DNA of 32,000 nt from Candidatus Saccharimonadota bacterium (GCA_016699205.1 CP064964.1:600001-632000); one strand, 5' to 3'; shown: positions 8,329 through 20,060, counted from the stretch's first letter. The notes: a model not told the origin generated them from the sequence alone. Numbers and translations are program-made.

Positions 8329-8397
8329 TCGATCTTTTCTTTCATTATTTCTCTACGCGGATTGTCTGATCACATATGGATCATTCATCTGCAATAC

Positions 8398-8433
8398 AAA
8401 AAACCCTCAATGCAATCTGCATGAGGGCTTTTT
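8398..8433. terminator. Bidirectional rho-independent terminator (rpoC and the 7867 gene)
   Basis: AAAAAA-CCCTCAaTGCA-atc-TGCATGAGGG-CTTTTT. A 10-bp stem is flanked by an A-run and a T-run. Confidence 0.75.
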
Positions 8434-8441
8434 GATTCCGA

Positions 8442-11400
8442 CTAGGCCTTGGCGGCGGCGTCGGAGGCGGCGTTTTCTTTTTCCAACTCGGCGGGGTTCA
8501 CTCCAAAGCCGGTTCCGGCTGGGGTGAGGCGACCGATGATGACGTTTTCCTTCAAGCCTTCCAAGCGATCGATCTTTCCTGTGACCGCGGCGTTGATAAG
8601 CACGCGGGCCGTTTCCATAAAGGAAGCGGCGGACAAGAACGATTCGGTGGAGAGAGCGACCTTGGTGATGCCCATGAAGAGCGCCTGGAGATCGGCGGGC
8701 GTTGCTTTGCCTTTGGATTCCAACTGTTCGTTTTCTTCCTCTGCGCGGTAGCGATCAACGATCTGGCCTGGCAAGAGCTCGGTTTCACCGGCGTCCTTCA
8801 CGTACACACGCGAGAACATCTGGCGAACGATGACTTCAATGTGTTTGGCATTGAGTTTCTGACCCTGCGAGGCGTAGATGGCGAGCACTTCACGCAAGAG
8901 GTAGCGCATGACGGCATCGGTGCCGCGCAACCGGAAGAGTTCCTGAAGATCAAACTGACCTTCTGTGAGCACATCGCCCATGGTGACTTCCTGACCATCC
9001 TTGATGAGGATCGAGTAGCCGGCCGGGACTTCCTGCTCAAGCACGGAAGCACCTTCAAAGATATGCGTGAGCTTGTTTTTCTCGATGCGGATCGTACCTG
9101 GATGCGAGGCGATGACTTCCTCCCCTGTTGAGCGGATGATAAGCATCTGACCTTCCTTCACCTTGCTGCCGTCCTCGACTTTGAGCTGATCCTTCTTGAT
9201 GAAGGTGTGCGTCTCTTCGCGGACTGCCGTGTGGTGAATCATGATCGTGCGCGTACCCGAGGTCGTATCGACAAGCTTCTCTCCCTTGGCGGTCTGGAGA
9301 ATGCGGCGTTCGCCTTCCACGATCTTGGCCATACCGGAGACTTCTGCGAACAAGGCTTTACGCTTAGGCGTGCGGGCTTCAAAGAGTTCTTCAACGCGCG
9401 GCAAACCTTGCGTAATGTCGGCTGCGGCCACACCACCGGAGTGGAACGTACGCATCGTGAGCTGAGTACCTGGTTCACCGATCGACTGGGCGGCGATGAT
9501 ACCAACGGCGGTACCGAGTTTCACGAGCTGGTTGTAGGCCAAGTCCGTGCCGTAGCACTTCTGACACAAGCCGCGCTTGAGCTTACAGGTGAGCAACGAG
9601 CGCACGTGTGCGGACTCGATCTGCTTGCCCTGAAGGGCGCGGATATCGTTTTCATCAACGAGCTTCCCTTTCTTGACGAGCGTTTCCTTGGATTCCGGAT
9701 CCTTAATGTCTTTCATGAGGACGCGGCCGTGGAGACGCGTAAGGATCGGTTCTCCGATTTCTTCACACTCGGCAGCCGTGAGAACCACGCCATCGGTGTC
9801 ACCACAGTCTTCCGACATGATGATGACGTCTTGCGAGACATCGACGAGACGGCGCGTGAGATAACCGGCGTTGGCCGTACGGAGAGCCGTGTCGGTCAAA
9901 CCTTTGCGCGTACCGTGAGAGGAAATAAAGTATTCCAACACGTCGAGACCTTCACGGAACGATGACTTGATCGGAAGTTCGATAATTTCACCAGACGGCG
10001 AGGACACAAGGCCCTTCATACCGACGACGTTGGTCAGCTGACCGACGGAACCACGGGCTCCGGAGTCGATCATCGAGAATACGGCGCCTTCCTTGTCGAG
10101 CGACTCCTTGGAAGTCTTCTGCAATTGGTCTTTGACGTCGGACCAAACACGGATGATGGAGTTGTAGCGCTCTTTCTTGGTGAGCAAACCTTCCTTGTAC
10201 TGGTCTTCAATCTCGAGCGTCTTGCGGTCGCCTTCCGTCATGATGGTGTCCTTATCGAGAACCGGAAGGTCACCCATGCCGTAGCTGAAGCCGGAGCGCG
10301 TGATGTAGAAGAAACCCATGTTCTTCACTTCATCCAAGAAGCGGGCCGTACGGTCAAAGCCGCGGAGCTCAATCGTGGTACGCACGATTTCACCGAGCTG
10401 CTTGGTTCCGATGACTTCATTGCGGAATCCGATTTCCTTCGGGAAGAGCTGGTTCAAGATGAGACGGCCGACGTTGGTCTCGATCGCTGGCTGATCGTGC
10501 TTCACTTTTACCTTGATCTTCTCGCGAATATAGAGACGACCACTGTTGAAGAGATAGAGAGCCTCTGCCGGAGAACCAAAGGTTTTTTGTTTACCATCAA
10601 CCGGATCGATCAAGGTCGTCATGTAGTAACAACCCCAGGCAATGTCCTTATCTGGTTTGGCGATTGGCTGACCGGTAGCAGGCTTCAAGAGGTTCTTGGT
10701 CGAGAGCATCAAGTTCTTTGCCTCCCAACGCGCCTCTTCCGTCAACGGAATGTGGACGGCCATCTGGTCTCCGTCGAAGTCGGCGTTGAAACCCGGACAG
10801 ACCATCGGATGGATCTGGATTGCTTTACCTTCAATCAGCTTTGGCTGGAAGCCGAGAATACCAAGGCGGTGAAGCGTCGGAGCGCGGTTCAAGAGAACAA
10901 CGGCGTCCTCTGCGATGCGTTCCAAGATGTCCCAAACTTCCGCGTGGTCGGCCTCGATGTAACGGTTGGCCGAGCGGATGTTGTGAACGAGTTCACGCTT
11001 GATGAGTTCCGAGATGATGAATGGCTTGAAAAGTTCCAAAGCCATGGTCTTTGGAAGACCGCACTGATGAAGCTCAAGTGTCGGACCGACGACGATCACG
11101 GAACGACCAGAGTAGTCGATACGCTTACCGAGCAAGTTCTGACGGAAGCGGCCCTGCTTACCCTTCAAAATGTCGGCGAGCGATTTGAGCTGGCGCTTCT
11201 TGCCGGTGGCAGCGATCACGGTCTTGGAAGAACGTGCGCTGTTGTCGATCAAGGAGTCGACGGCTTCCTGAAGCATGCGCTTTTCATTGCGTACGATGAC
11301 TTCCGGAGCATTCAATTCCATCAAACGCTTCAAGCGGTTGTTGCGGTTGATGACGCGGCGATAGAGGTCGTTCAGGTCCGAAGTGGCAAAGCGGCCACCA

Positions 11401-12380
11401 TCGAGCGCAACCATCGGACGCAAATCCGGAGGGATGACAGGAAGCGCTTTCAAAATCATCCAGCTTGGATCGATCTTGTTGGCGTGGAGCGACTTCAAGA
11501 GCTTCACACGGCGCACGAGACGATCGTGTTTGGCCTCGGAAGCGTCGACCATGTCGTCCTGAAGACCTTTCATCGTGGCTTCGACATCGATTTTCTTGAG
11601 CAATTCCTCGACAGCCTCGGAACCGATCTTGGCTTCAAAGACGTGACCGTACTTGAGCGAGAGCTCGTGATAGTCGGTTTCCGTAAGAATCTTCATGACC
11701 TTGAGGTCCTTCAATTCTTTGTCGGCGATGTCAAAGTCAGCTTCCAATTCATCAAGACGATGGGTCTTGTTGGCCTGGGCTTTGTCCATTTCTTTAGCGA
11801 GCTGGTCGGCGGACCAACCCTTTTCCTCGCCCTGCTTTTGGACGCGCTCGATTTCACGGTCGGATTCCGATTCGATCGACTTGCGCTTGCCCTTGTACTC
11901 GGCGCGGACTTGTTCCACGGCCTGCACTCGGAGATCCTCATCGACATGCGTAACGATAAAGGCGGTGAAGTAAATCACCTTTTCAAGCGACTGGATGCTC
12001 ATGTCGAGCACCGTACCGATCTTGGACGGAACAGAACGCAAGAACCAAATGTGCGTCACCGGAGCGGCGAGCTCGATGTGGCCCATGCGCTCGCGGCGGA
12101 CGAGCGAGTGCGTTACTTGAACGCCACACTTGTCACAAATAATGTCCTTGTAGCGGATCTTTTTGTACTTACCGCAGTAACACTCCCAGTCCTTGGACGG
12201 ACCGAAAATTTCTTCAGCGAAGAGATCGGACTTTTCCGGTTTCTGCGTGCGGTAGTTGATCGTTTCCGGCTTGGTGACTTCACCGTACGACCAGGAACGA
12301 ATGACTTCCGGGGAAGCCACTTTGAGGCGGATGGAGTCGAAGTCTGTGGACTTGATGTTCTCCGTTTGGAAAAACGCCAT
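8442..12380 (-). CDS. rpoC: DNA-directed RNA polymerase subunit beta'
   Basis: 1312-aa ORF with the catalytic NADFDGDQM motif and an N-terminal zinc-finger CxC...CxxC. Confidence 0.97.
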   Translation of the reverse strand: MAFFQTENIKSTDFDSIRLKVASPEVIRSWSYGEVTKPETINYRTQKPEKSDLFAEEIFGPSKDWECYCGKYKKIRYKDIICDKCGVQVTHSLVRRERMGHIELAAPVTHIWFLRSVPSKIGTVLDMSIQSLEKVIYFTAFIVTHVDEDLRVQAVEQVRAEYKGKRKSIESESDREIERVQKQGEEKGWSADQLAKEMDKAQANKTHRLDELEADFDIADKELKDLKVMKILTETDYHELSLKYGHVFEAKIGSEAVEELLKKIDVEATMKGLQDDMVDASEAKHDRLVRRVKLLKSLHANKIDPSWMILKALPVIPPDLRPMVALDGGRFATSDLNDLYRRVINRNNRLKRLMELNAPEVIVRNEKRMLQEAVDSLIDNSARSSKTVIAATGKKRQLKSLADILKGKQGRFRQNLLGKRIDYSGRSVIVVGPTLELHQCGLPKTMALELFKPFIISELIKRELVHNIRSANRYIEADHAEVWDILERIAEDAVVLLNRAPTLHRLGILGFQPKLIEGKAIQIHPMVCPGFNADFDGDQMAVHIPLTEEARWEAKNLMLSTKNLLKPATGQPIAKPDKDIAWGCYYMTTLIDPVDGKQKTFGSPAEALYLFNSGRLYIREKIKVKVKHDQPAIETNVGRLILNQLFPKEIGFRNEVIGTKQLGEIVRTTIELRGFDRTARFLDEVKNMGFFYITRSGFSYGMGDLPVLDKDTIMTEGDRKTLEIEDQYKEGLLTKKERYNSIIRVWSDVKDQLQKTSKESLDKEGAVFSMIDSGARGSVGQLTNVVGMKGLVSSPSGEIIELPIKSSFREGLDVLEYFISSHGTRKGLTDTALRTANAGYLTRRLVDVSQDVIIMSEDCGDTDGVVLTAAECEEIGEPILTRLHGRVLMKDIKDPESKETLVKKGKLVDENDIRALQGKQIESAHVRSLLTCKLKRGLCQKCYGTDLAYNQLVKLGTAVGIIAAQSIGEPGTQLTMRTFHSGGVAAADITQGLPRVEELFEARTPKRKALFAEVSGMAKIVEGERRILQTAKGEKLVDTTSGTRTIMIHHTAVREETHTFIKKDQLKVEDGSKVKEGQMLIIRSTGEEVIASHPGTIRIEKNKLTHIFEGASVLEQEVPAGYSILIKDGQEVTMGDVLTEGQFDLQELFRLRGTDAVMRYLLREVLAIYASQGQKLNAKHIEVIVRQMFSRVYVKDAGETELLPGQIVDRYRAEEENEQLESKGKATPADLQALFMGITKVALSTESFLSAASFMETARVLINAAVTGKIDRLEGLKENVIIGRLTPAGTGFGVNPAELEKENAASDAAAKA

Positions 12381-12404
12381 AGAGATATGTGTCGTTACGG
12401 TGAA

Positions 12405-15869
<3,465 letters not shown>

Positions 15870-16139
15870 GTGGCGATCAAAAAAATGTTCGGAGTGACTT
15901 TGTCCGCGTGGGACCGTCAAAAGCTGGACATGGCAGCCGGAGAAAGACGGTGACCTTGCAGGCAAAGGTCCGATTAAATAAGGGTCAAAAACACGCGATT
16001 GAGCATCAAAATGCGTCCCGAAGGGGATATCGGGACGAACTTCGATTAACGGATGTGGGAGCTCATGAAGTGAGGTAGATCACTTTTTCCTGACAGAGTG
16101 GTTGCGCAATTCCCTGTCAAGCCGCGTGTTTTCGCGCGA

Positions 16140-16168
16140 AATTTAACATGGCGTCATCGAGGCGTCAA
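16140..16168 (-). promoter_or_regulatory. Candidate rpoB promoter
   Basis: Minus strand reads TTGACG (comp. 16163-16168), 17-nt spacer, TAAATT (comp. 16140-16145). This implies a leader of about 260 nt containing an 8-bp hairpin (16024-16047). Confidence 0.4.
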
Positions 16169-16173
16169 GGAAA

Positions 16174-16354
16174 TTGGCTAAAAGCTGTTTTTCGTCAAAT
16201 TTGGCTAATTTTAGATGAATATCGTCTTTTCCTGTTTTGGCTAATCTTAGCTTATCCACATTTGGAGCTAATTTTAGCCTATTTTTTGTTATCTATTTAT
16301 AACATTCATTATATATATGACTATATTTACTTTTATATTAGCCAATTTGGCTAA
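16174..16354. repeat. Cluster of GCTAA/TTAGC half-site palindromes (operator- or iteron-like)
   Basis: TTGGCTAA at 16174. GCTAAttTTAGa at 16204-16215. GCTAAtcTTAGC at 16240-16251. GCTAAttTTAGC at 16267-16278. Everted perfect palindrome TTAGCCAAtTTGGCTAA at 16338-16354. All are embedded in AT-rich DNA. Confidence 0.8.
16252..16260 (+). promoter_or_regulatory. Perfect consensus DnaA box
   Basis: TTATCCACA, directly abutting the 16240-16251 palindrome. Confidence 0.5.
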
Positions 16355-16375
16355 TATTCGTTTTGTTAGGCTTAC

Positions 16376-16404
16376 TTGACAAAATTTTGGCTTTGTGCTA
16401 TAGT
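16376..16404 (+). promoter_or_regulatory. Strong sigma70-type promoter at the start of Island B
   Basis: TTGACA (16376-16381), 17-nt spacer, TATAGT (16399-16404). Confidence 0.65.
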
Positions 16405-16480
16405 ATCTCGTTACGATGATCAACCTGAAAAGGCCAAGATCGTCGGAAACGACTTCCCAACAACACATAGCGAGGTGCGC

Positions 16481-16750
16481 ATGCGCAACGAGGTCCAGAT
16501 CGAGGTTCTGCTTCACAAGAGCTCTGGCACCGCCTTGGTGCGGACCGTCGACTACTCCGATCGGGAGTACCTGCTACTCCGCGCCACCGCCGAGCGTGAG
16601 CTCTGCTACCACGTCTTCGACGACGATCCCCTGCGCGACTTCGACAGCGGTCCGCGCTTCCAGGCGGTGGCGGCGCGTCACAGCAAGGACAAGGGCAGCC
16701 GCTTGCAGCGCATCGGCCGCAAGCCCCGCACGTTCCGCGACATGAACTAG
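16481..16750 (+). CDS. Hypothetical protein (89 aa), Island B gene 1
   Basis: First in-frame ATG downstream of the predicted TSS, with GAGG 5 nt upstream. Track ORF 16376-16750 trimmed. GC-rich third positions. Confidence 0.55.
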   Translation: MRNEVQIEVLLHKSSGTALVRTVDYSDREYLLLRATAERELCYHVFDDDPLRDFDSGPRFQAVAARHSKDKGSRLQRIGRKPRTFRDMN

Positions 16751-16957
16751 TCGCACTTCCCACGGTTGGCGGTCCCGACCTGATGCGAGCGATTGGTAGA
16801 TCGCTTACACAAAAGATGGCCGACGTTCCTTTTCTCTTGAGCCGCAGTGGTTAACACTCGGCTCCGCTCTCAGGTTTCCGACTCGATCGGAACTCTGATC
16901 TGCGGTAACGCATTTCACAAAAAAATATTCGTCTTGGAAGGAGAGCCAGGATACGTG

Positions 16958-17023
16958 TTCACGCATCATAGTCATAACCATACCGAACGGTCGGTTTGGA
17001 TGACGGTGAGTATGTTGCGTGAC
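16958..17023. repeat. Inverted-repeat element L2 (same family as 4139-4233)
   Basis: TTCACGCATCATA (16958-16970) and TATGTTGCGTGAC (17011-17023) with a 40-nt spacer. Shares the internal ACGGTGAG(A/T)ATG with L1. Confidence 0.75.
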
Positions 17024-17042
17024 CATGTTTTAGCTCCCCAAC

Positions 17043-17068
17043 CGAGACTCCCAAGTCTCGATTTTTTG
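17043..17068 (+). terminator. Rho-independent terminator (plus sense)
   Basis: CGAGACT-ccca-AGTCTCG followed by ATTTTTTG. Confidence 0.65.
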
Positions 17069-17082
17069 TTCTTGGGAACGCT

Positions 17083-17268
17083 TTGGAGGAGGAGCCCCCG
17101 TCGCAAGGCGGGAAAGATGCTCATGCGCGGTGTGGACTCGGATTCGTCTGGGACCACTCCATGTATGACTTCTCGGATCTGTCGGTCTTCGGACCTGAAT
17201 GGACCACCCGCCTCCAATGCGTTCCCAACAACATCGACTTATCAGACCTGAAGGAGATCCTCGCTTAG
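17083..17268 (+). CDS. Possible small protein (61 aa from TTG 17083, or 35 aa from ATG 17161)
   Basis: This frame has island-like GC-rich third positions (GAC TTC TCG GAT CTG TCG GTC TTC...). The stop codon sits inside a 9-bp hairpin (17260-17293). No convincing RBS. Confidence 0.25.
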   Translation: MEEEPPSQGGKDAHARCGLGFVWDHSMYDFSDLSVFGPEWTTRLQCVPNNIDLSDLKEILA

Positions 17269-17471
17269 GACCGAACACGGACCTCTAAGCGAGCGGCGAG
17301 GGAAACAGACTCGGCGGATTCGTCTGCCACATCTGCATGTACCAAACCATTAAAGATGAAACGGCTTCGGTCGTTCTCATCCCATCTCCGTCAGATCTGA
17401 TCCGTCGAAAGATGGATTGAACTTTCAAATCGGTGTGGAACTCACGTTCCATGCCCAGGATCCAGCTCATC

Positions 17472-17505
17472 ATCACGCAACATAATCATGACCATGATGC
17501 GTGAC
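17472..17505. repeat. Inverted-repeat element L3 (same family)
   Basis: ATCACGCAACATA (17472-17484) and CATGATGCGTGAC (17493-17505) with an 8-nt spacer, about 60 nt upstream of the gene 2 ATG. Confidence 0.75.
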
Positions 17506-17565
17506 CATGACGTGGAACCCGGGTGTGGCGCGGGATAATTTCACCCCCGAGCCAACAAGAGACAG

Positions 17566-17847
17566 ATGACCAACGACAACAGCTTCTCGTCCGTTCTCGA
17601 CCTGTGTCGTACCGAGATCCGCGTGATCGAGGCCTGCGACCGGGTCCTCGAGATCCGGACGCCGCTCCCCGCCAAGCCGCGGGACGAGCGCGAGGCCAAG
17701 CGGGTCCTCCGGGATCTCCGCTACGTCGCGTGGCTCCTCGAGGGACGTCGCAAGACGCTCCTCGACGGGCAGGCCTTCGAGCGTGACTACTACGCCGAGA
17801 TGGCTGCCCTCGAGAAGGCCAAGGCCAAGATGGCCATGGCCGCCTGA
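17566..17847 (+). CDS. Hypothetical protein (93 aa), Island B gene 2
   Basis: Track ORF with GC-rich third positions and a helical, charged sequence. Weak SD. A possible -10 GATAAT lies at 17534-17539. Confidence 0.55.
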   Translation: MTNDNSFSSVLDLCRTEIRVIEACDRVLEIRTPLPAKPRDEREAKRVLRDLRYVAWLLEGRRKTLLDGQAFERDYYAEMAALEKAKAKMAMAA

Positions 17848-18024
17848 TCAACAGAAGTTGATCGACCGCGGTACCGACGGAATCGGACATCTACGCAACG
17901 AAAGAGATAGGTGTCGCCATGGTGTAATCGCACGGCTTGCGGCCGTTTCGCCGATCTGCGTTTGTCCCCGTTTAGTCGCTACGCGAAAACAATGGGGAGC
18001 CTGGGAAAGCAGTGTCCTGACCTG

Positions 18025-18052
18025 GCCGGAGGAAGTAACTACTTCCTCCGGC
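18025..18052 (+). other. Conserved-flank hairpin H1
   Basis: GCCGGAGGAAGT-aact-ACTTCCTCCGGC, a perfect 12-bp stem. Flanks are CTGACCTG ... GCCGATCCCGA. Confidence 0.8.
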
Positions 18053-18150
18053 GCCGATCCCGACTGTTGAACGCAAGTTCGACAAGCGAGATCGGGTGCA
18101 ACCAGAGAACGATCTTGTTCTTCCGTTCGCACCGAAGGAGGTTCCTTCAC

Positions 18151-19080
18151 ATGCAGACCGTTCACGAAGAAGTCGAGCGCAACGGATACGAGCCGTACTC
18201 CCACGAGGAGGCCAGCTACGACCGCGAGCACGACCGCTTCTACAACATGAGGCGGCACACCGCCATCGGCGAGATCATCCGGCTCCAGGGTGAGCTCTGG
18301 AAGATCGAGCAGGCGCTCAACCTGCTGTTCGATGAGCGCATCCGGCTCGAGAAGGGCTGGGCGAGCGGCGATCGCAATACGATCGCGAGGCTCGGTGCCG
18401 AGGTCTTCCTCGCTCATCACAAGCGCGGCATCGAGCTGCGCATGATGGAAGACGCGTACGGCAAGGCCGACGATGTCCGCAACGAGATCGAGGCCTTGAG
18501 CAACGAGTGCACGGCGTTCTGCCGGGAAGCGAAGGTGAACAACGCCTTCTTCTTCCCCAAGGGCTTCCGGTACATGAACTCGTACGAGCTGCAGAGCGTC
18601 CTCGCCCGCGCCAAGCAGGCGCGGGACACGATGCATCTGCTCGTTCTCGAGCGTGCCGCGGAGGCCAAGCGCAAGGAGCACGAAGCCGAGATCCGCGCGG
18701 CGCATGAGCAAGAGCTCAAGCGCATCGACGCCGAGCTCGCTGCTCGCCGCGACGAGCGCAAGGCGGAGCTCGAGGGCATCGTCTCGGGTTACACCGAGAT
18801 GGTGGCCAAGATCCTCGAGCATCCGGTCTTCCGGAGCGCGAGCATCAAGCTCCCCAAGCTCCAGCTCGATCGCTACATGATCGAGTTCAAGCTCGGAACG
18901 CTCGGCGACGAGGGCTACCAGGTCCTCGTGCGCAAGACGCGCGACGGGATCGCGGACGCGAAGCGCAAGCTGCGCGAGCCGCTCCGCCGCGCTCATCAGA
19001 GCGCACACTCGCGAGGCATCACGAAGCTCGGCTTCGAGGAGTGCCTCAAGGAAGGGGGTTTCGAAAGCCTTCTCGCCTAA
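18151..19080 (+). CDS. Hypothetical coiled-coil protein (309 aa), Island B gene 3
   Basis: Track ORF 17911-19080 trimmed to the ATG at 18151, which is preceded by AAGGAGG. Long E/K/R/A-rich helical segments. No catalytic motif recognised. Confidence 0.7.
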   Translation: MQTVHEEVERNGYEPYSHEEASYDREHDRFYNMRRHTAIGEIIRLQGELWKIEQALNLLFDERIRLEKGWASGDRNTIARLGAEVFLAHHKRGIELRMMEDAYGKADDVRNEIEALSNECTAFCREAKVNNAFFFPKGFRYMNSYELQSVLARAKQARDTMHLLVLERAAEAKRKEHEAEIRAAHEQELKRIDAELAARRDERKAELEGIVSGYTEMVAKILEHPVFRSASIKLPKLQLDRYMIEFKLGTLGDEGYQVLVRKTRDGIADAKRKLREPLRRAHQSAHSRGITKLGFEECLKEGGFESLLA

Positions 19081-19272
19081 CCGCGGTTCCGACGGATTCG
19101 GAATAAGTCTTCGCGCAAGCGGAGCCGCTGACCGGCCATGGTCACATAGCGAACTACTACATAGCTGAGATGAGCCCTCAGCGCCCCAAATCGGCTGACG
19201 AATTATTCGTCCATCGATTTGGTGCGATACACGGCAAGTCGCTGTGACTCGACGCCAACCCCGGAGGCTCCT

Positions 19273-19935
19273 TTGACCACCACGAACTTCCTCGCGTCGC
19301 TCCTCGCCAAGCTCGTCGGCATCCGTGTCTTCGTGAAGAACGAGGTCGCGAACCCGAACCAGCACCCGCGTCCGATGATGCGGGCGCAGCTCGAGGGCTT
19401 CCTCCGCCTCACGCAGGCGGAGATGCTCGAGGCGCTGGGCGAGAAGTCGCCCAAGAAGCTGACCGTGAAGCTCCGCAAGAGCATCGCGGTCGTGGCCCGC
19501 ATCCACAAGGGGTGCGACTCGTACAAGACGGTCGCGGAGAAGGCGGAGGTTCTGATCAAGAAGCTCCACCCGATCTACGTGACCGAGCTCGAGCGCATCA
19601 AGCTCGAGGCCGACAAGCGTGCGATGCGGCTCTCGCTCGAGAAGCGCTTCCACGCGCTCTCCGGCGGCAAGGCGCTCCCCGACGGGACCCTGAGCTCGAC
19701 GCTCGAGGTCATCGTCGGCGAGCTGCGCTGCGAACTCGAGGAGACGACGCGCAAGAAGATGGATGAGGTGAAGGACAGCGCGTTCTTCCACCCCAACATC
19801 TCGCGCGTCAACGACGCGAACCTGGTCGCCTTCTCGGCCCGACTCGACGAGCGCCTCAACGTGCTGCGTCGCGTCCGGCCCGTCACGCAGAAGCCCTTCA
19901 CTTCGCACCTCGCGCAGCGGATGGTCATGCACTGA
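19273..19935 (+). CDS. Hypothetical protein (220 aa), Island B gene 4
   Basis: Track ORF 19219-19935. I prefer TTG 19273, preceded by GGAGG (19263-19267), because TTG 19219 sits inside a 37-nt palindrome. Start uncertain. Confidence 0.6.
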   Translation: MTTTNFLASLLAKLVGIRVFVKNEVANPNQHPRPMMRAQLEGFLRLTQAEMLEALGEKSPKKLTVKLRKSIAVVARIHKGCDSYKTVAEKAEVLIKKLHPIYVTELERIKLEADKRAMRLSLEKRFHALSGGKALPDGTLSSTLEVIVGELRCELEETTRKKMDEVKDSAFFHPNISRVNDANLVAFSARLDERLNVLRRVRPVTQKPFTSHLAQRMVMH

Positions 19936-19942
19936 CACCCTG

Positions 19943-19970
19943 GCCGATCGGAGATAACTCTCCGATCGGC
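19943..19970 (+). other. Conserved-flank hairpin H2
   Basis: GCCGATCGGAGA-taac-TCTCCGATCGGC, a perfect 12-bp stem. Flanks are CTGACACCCTG ... GCCCACCCCGA. Lies 8 nt after the gene 4 stop. Confidence 0.8.
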
Positions 19971-20060
19971 GCCCACCCCGATTATCGAGACACTCGATGA
20001 ACGAGGCGGGCGCAAGAAAACAATTTGTTTTTACGCGACCCATCAACGGAGGCTCCTTCC

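Noticed and set aside
16148-16354. A 68-aa plus-strand ORF (MASSRRQGNWLKAVFRQIWLILDEY...) in the AT-rich region.
   Set aside because: Its repetitive WLIL/LILAY content merely translates the TTGGCTAAT/GCTAA-TTAGC DNA repeats. It has no RBS, and it overlaps the candidate rpoB promoter. I interpret it as regulatory DNA.
16140-16404. Chromosomal oriC at the AT-rich, DnaA-box region.
   Set aside because: Not adopted as a call. There is only one perfect DnaA box and no dnaA/dnaN neighbourhood. Core genes further right (ftsK, recA, comEC) remain on the minus strand, so there is no global strand-bias switch. It is kept only as one hypothesis in the findings (origin of an integrated element versus an operator cluster).
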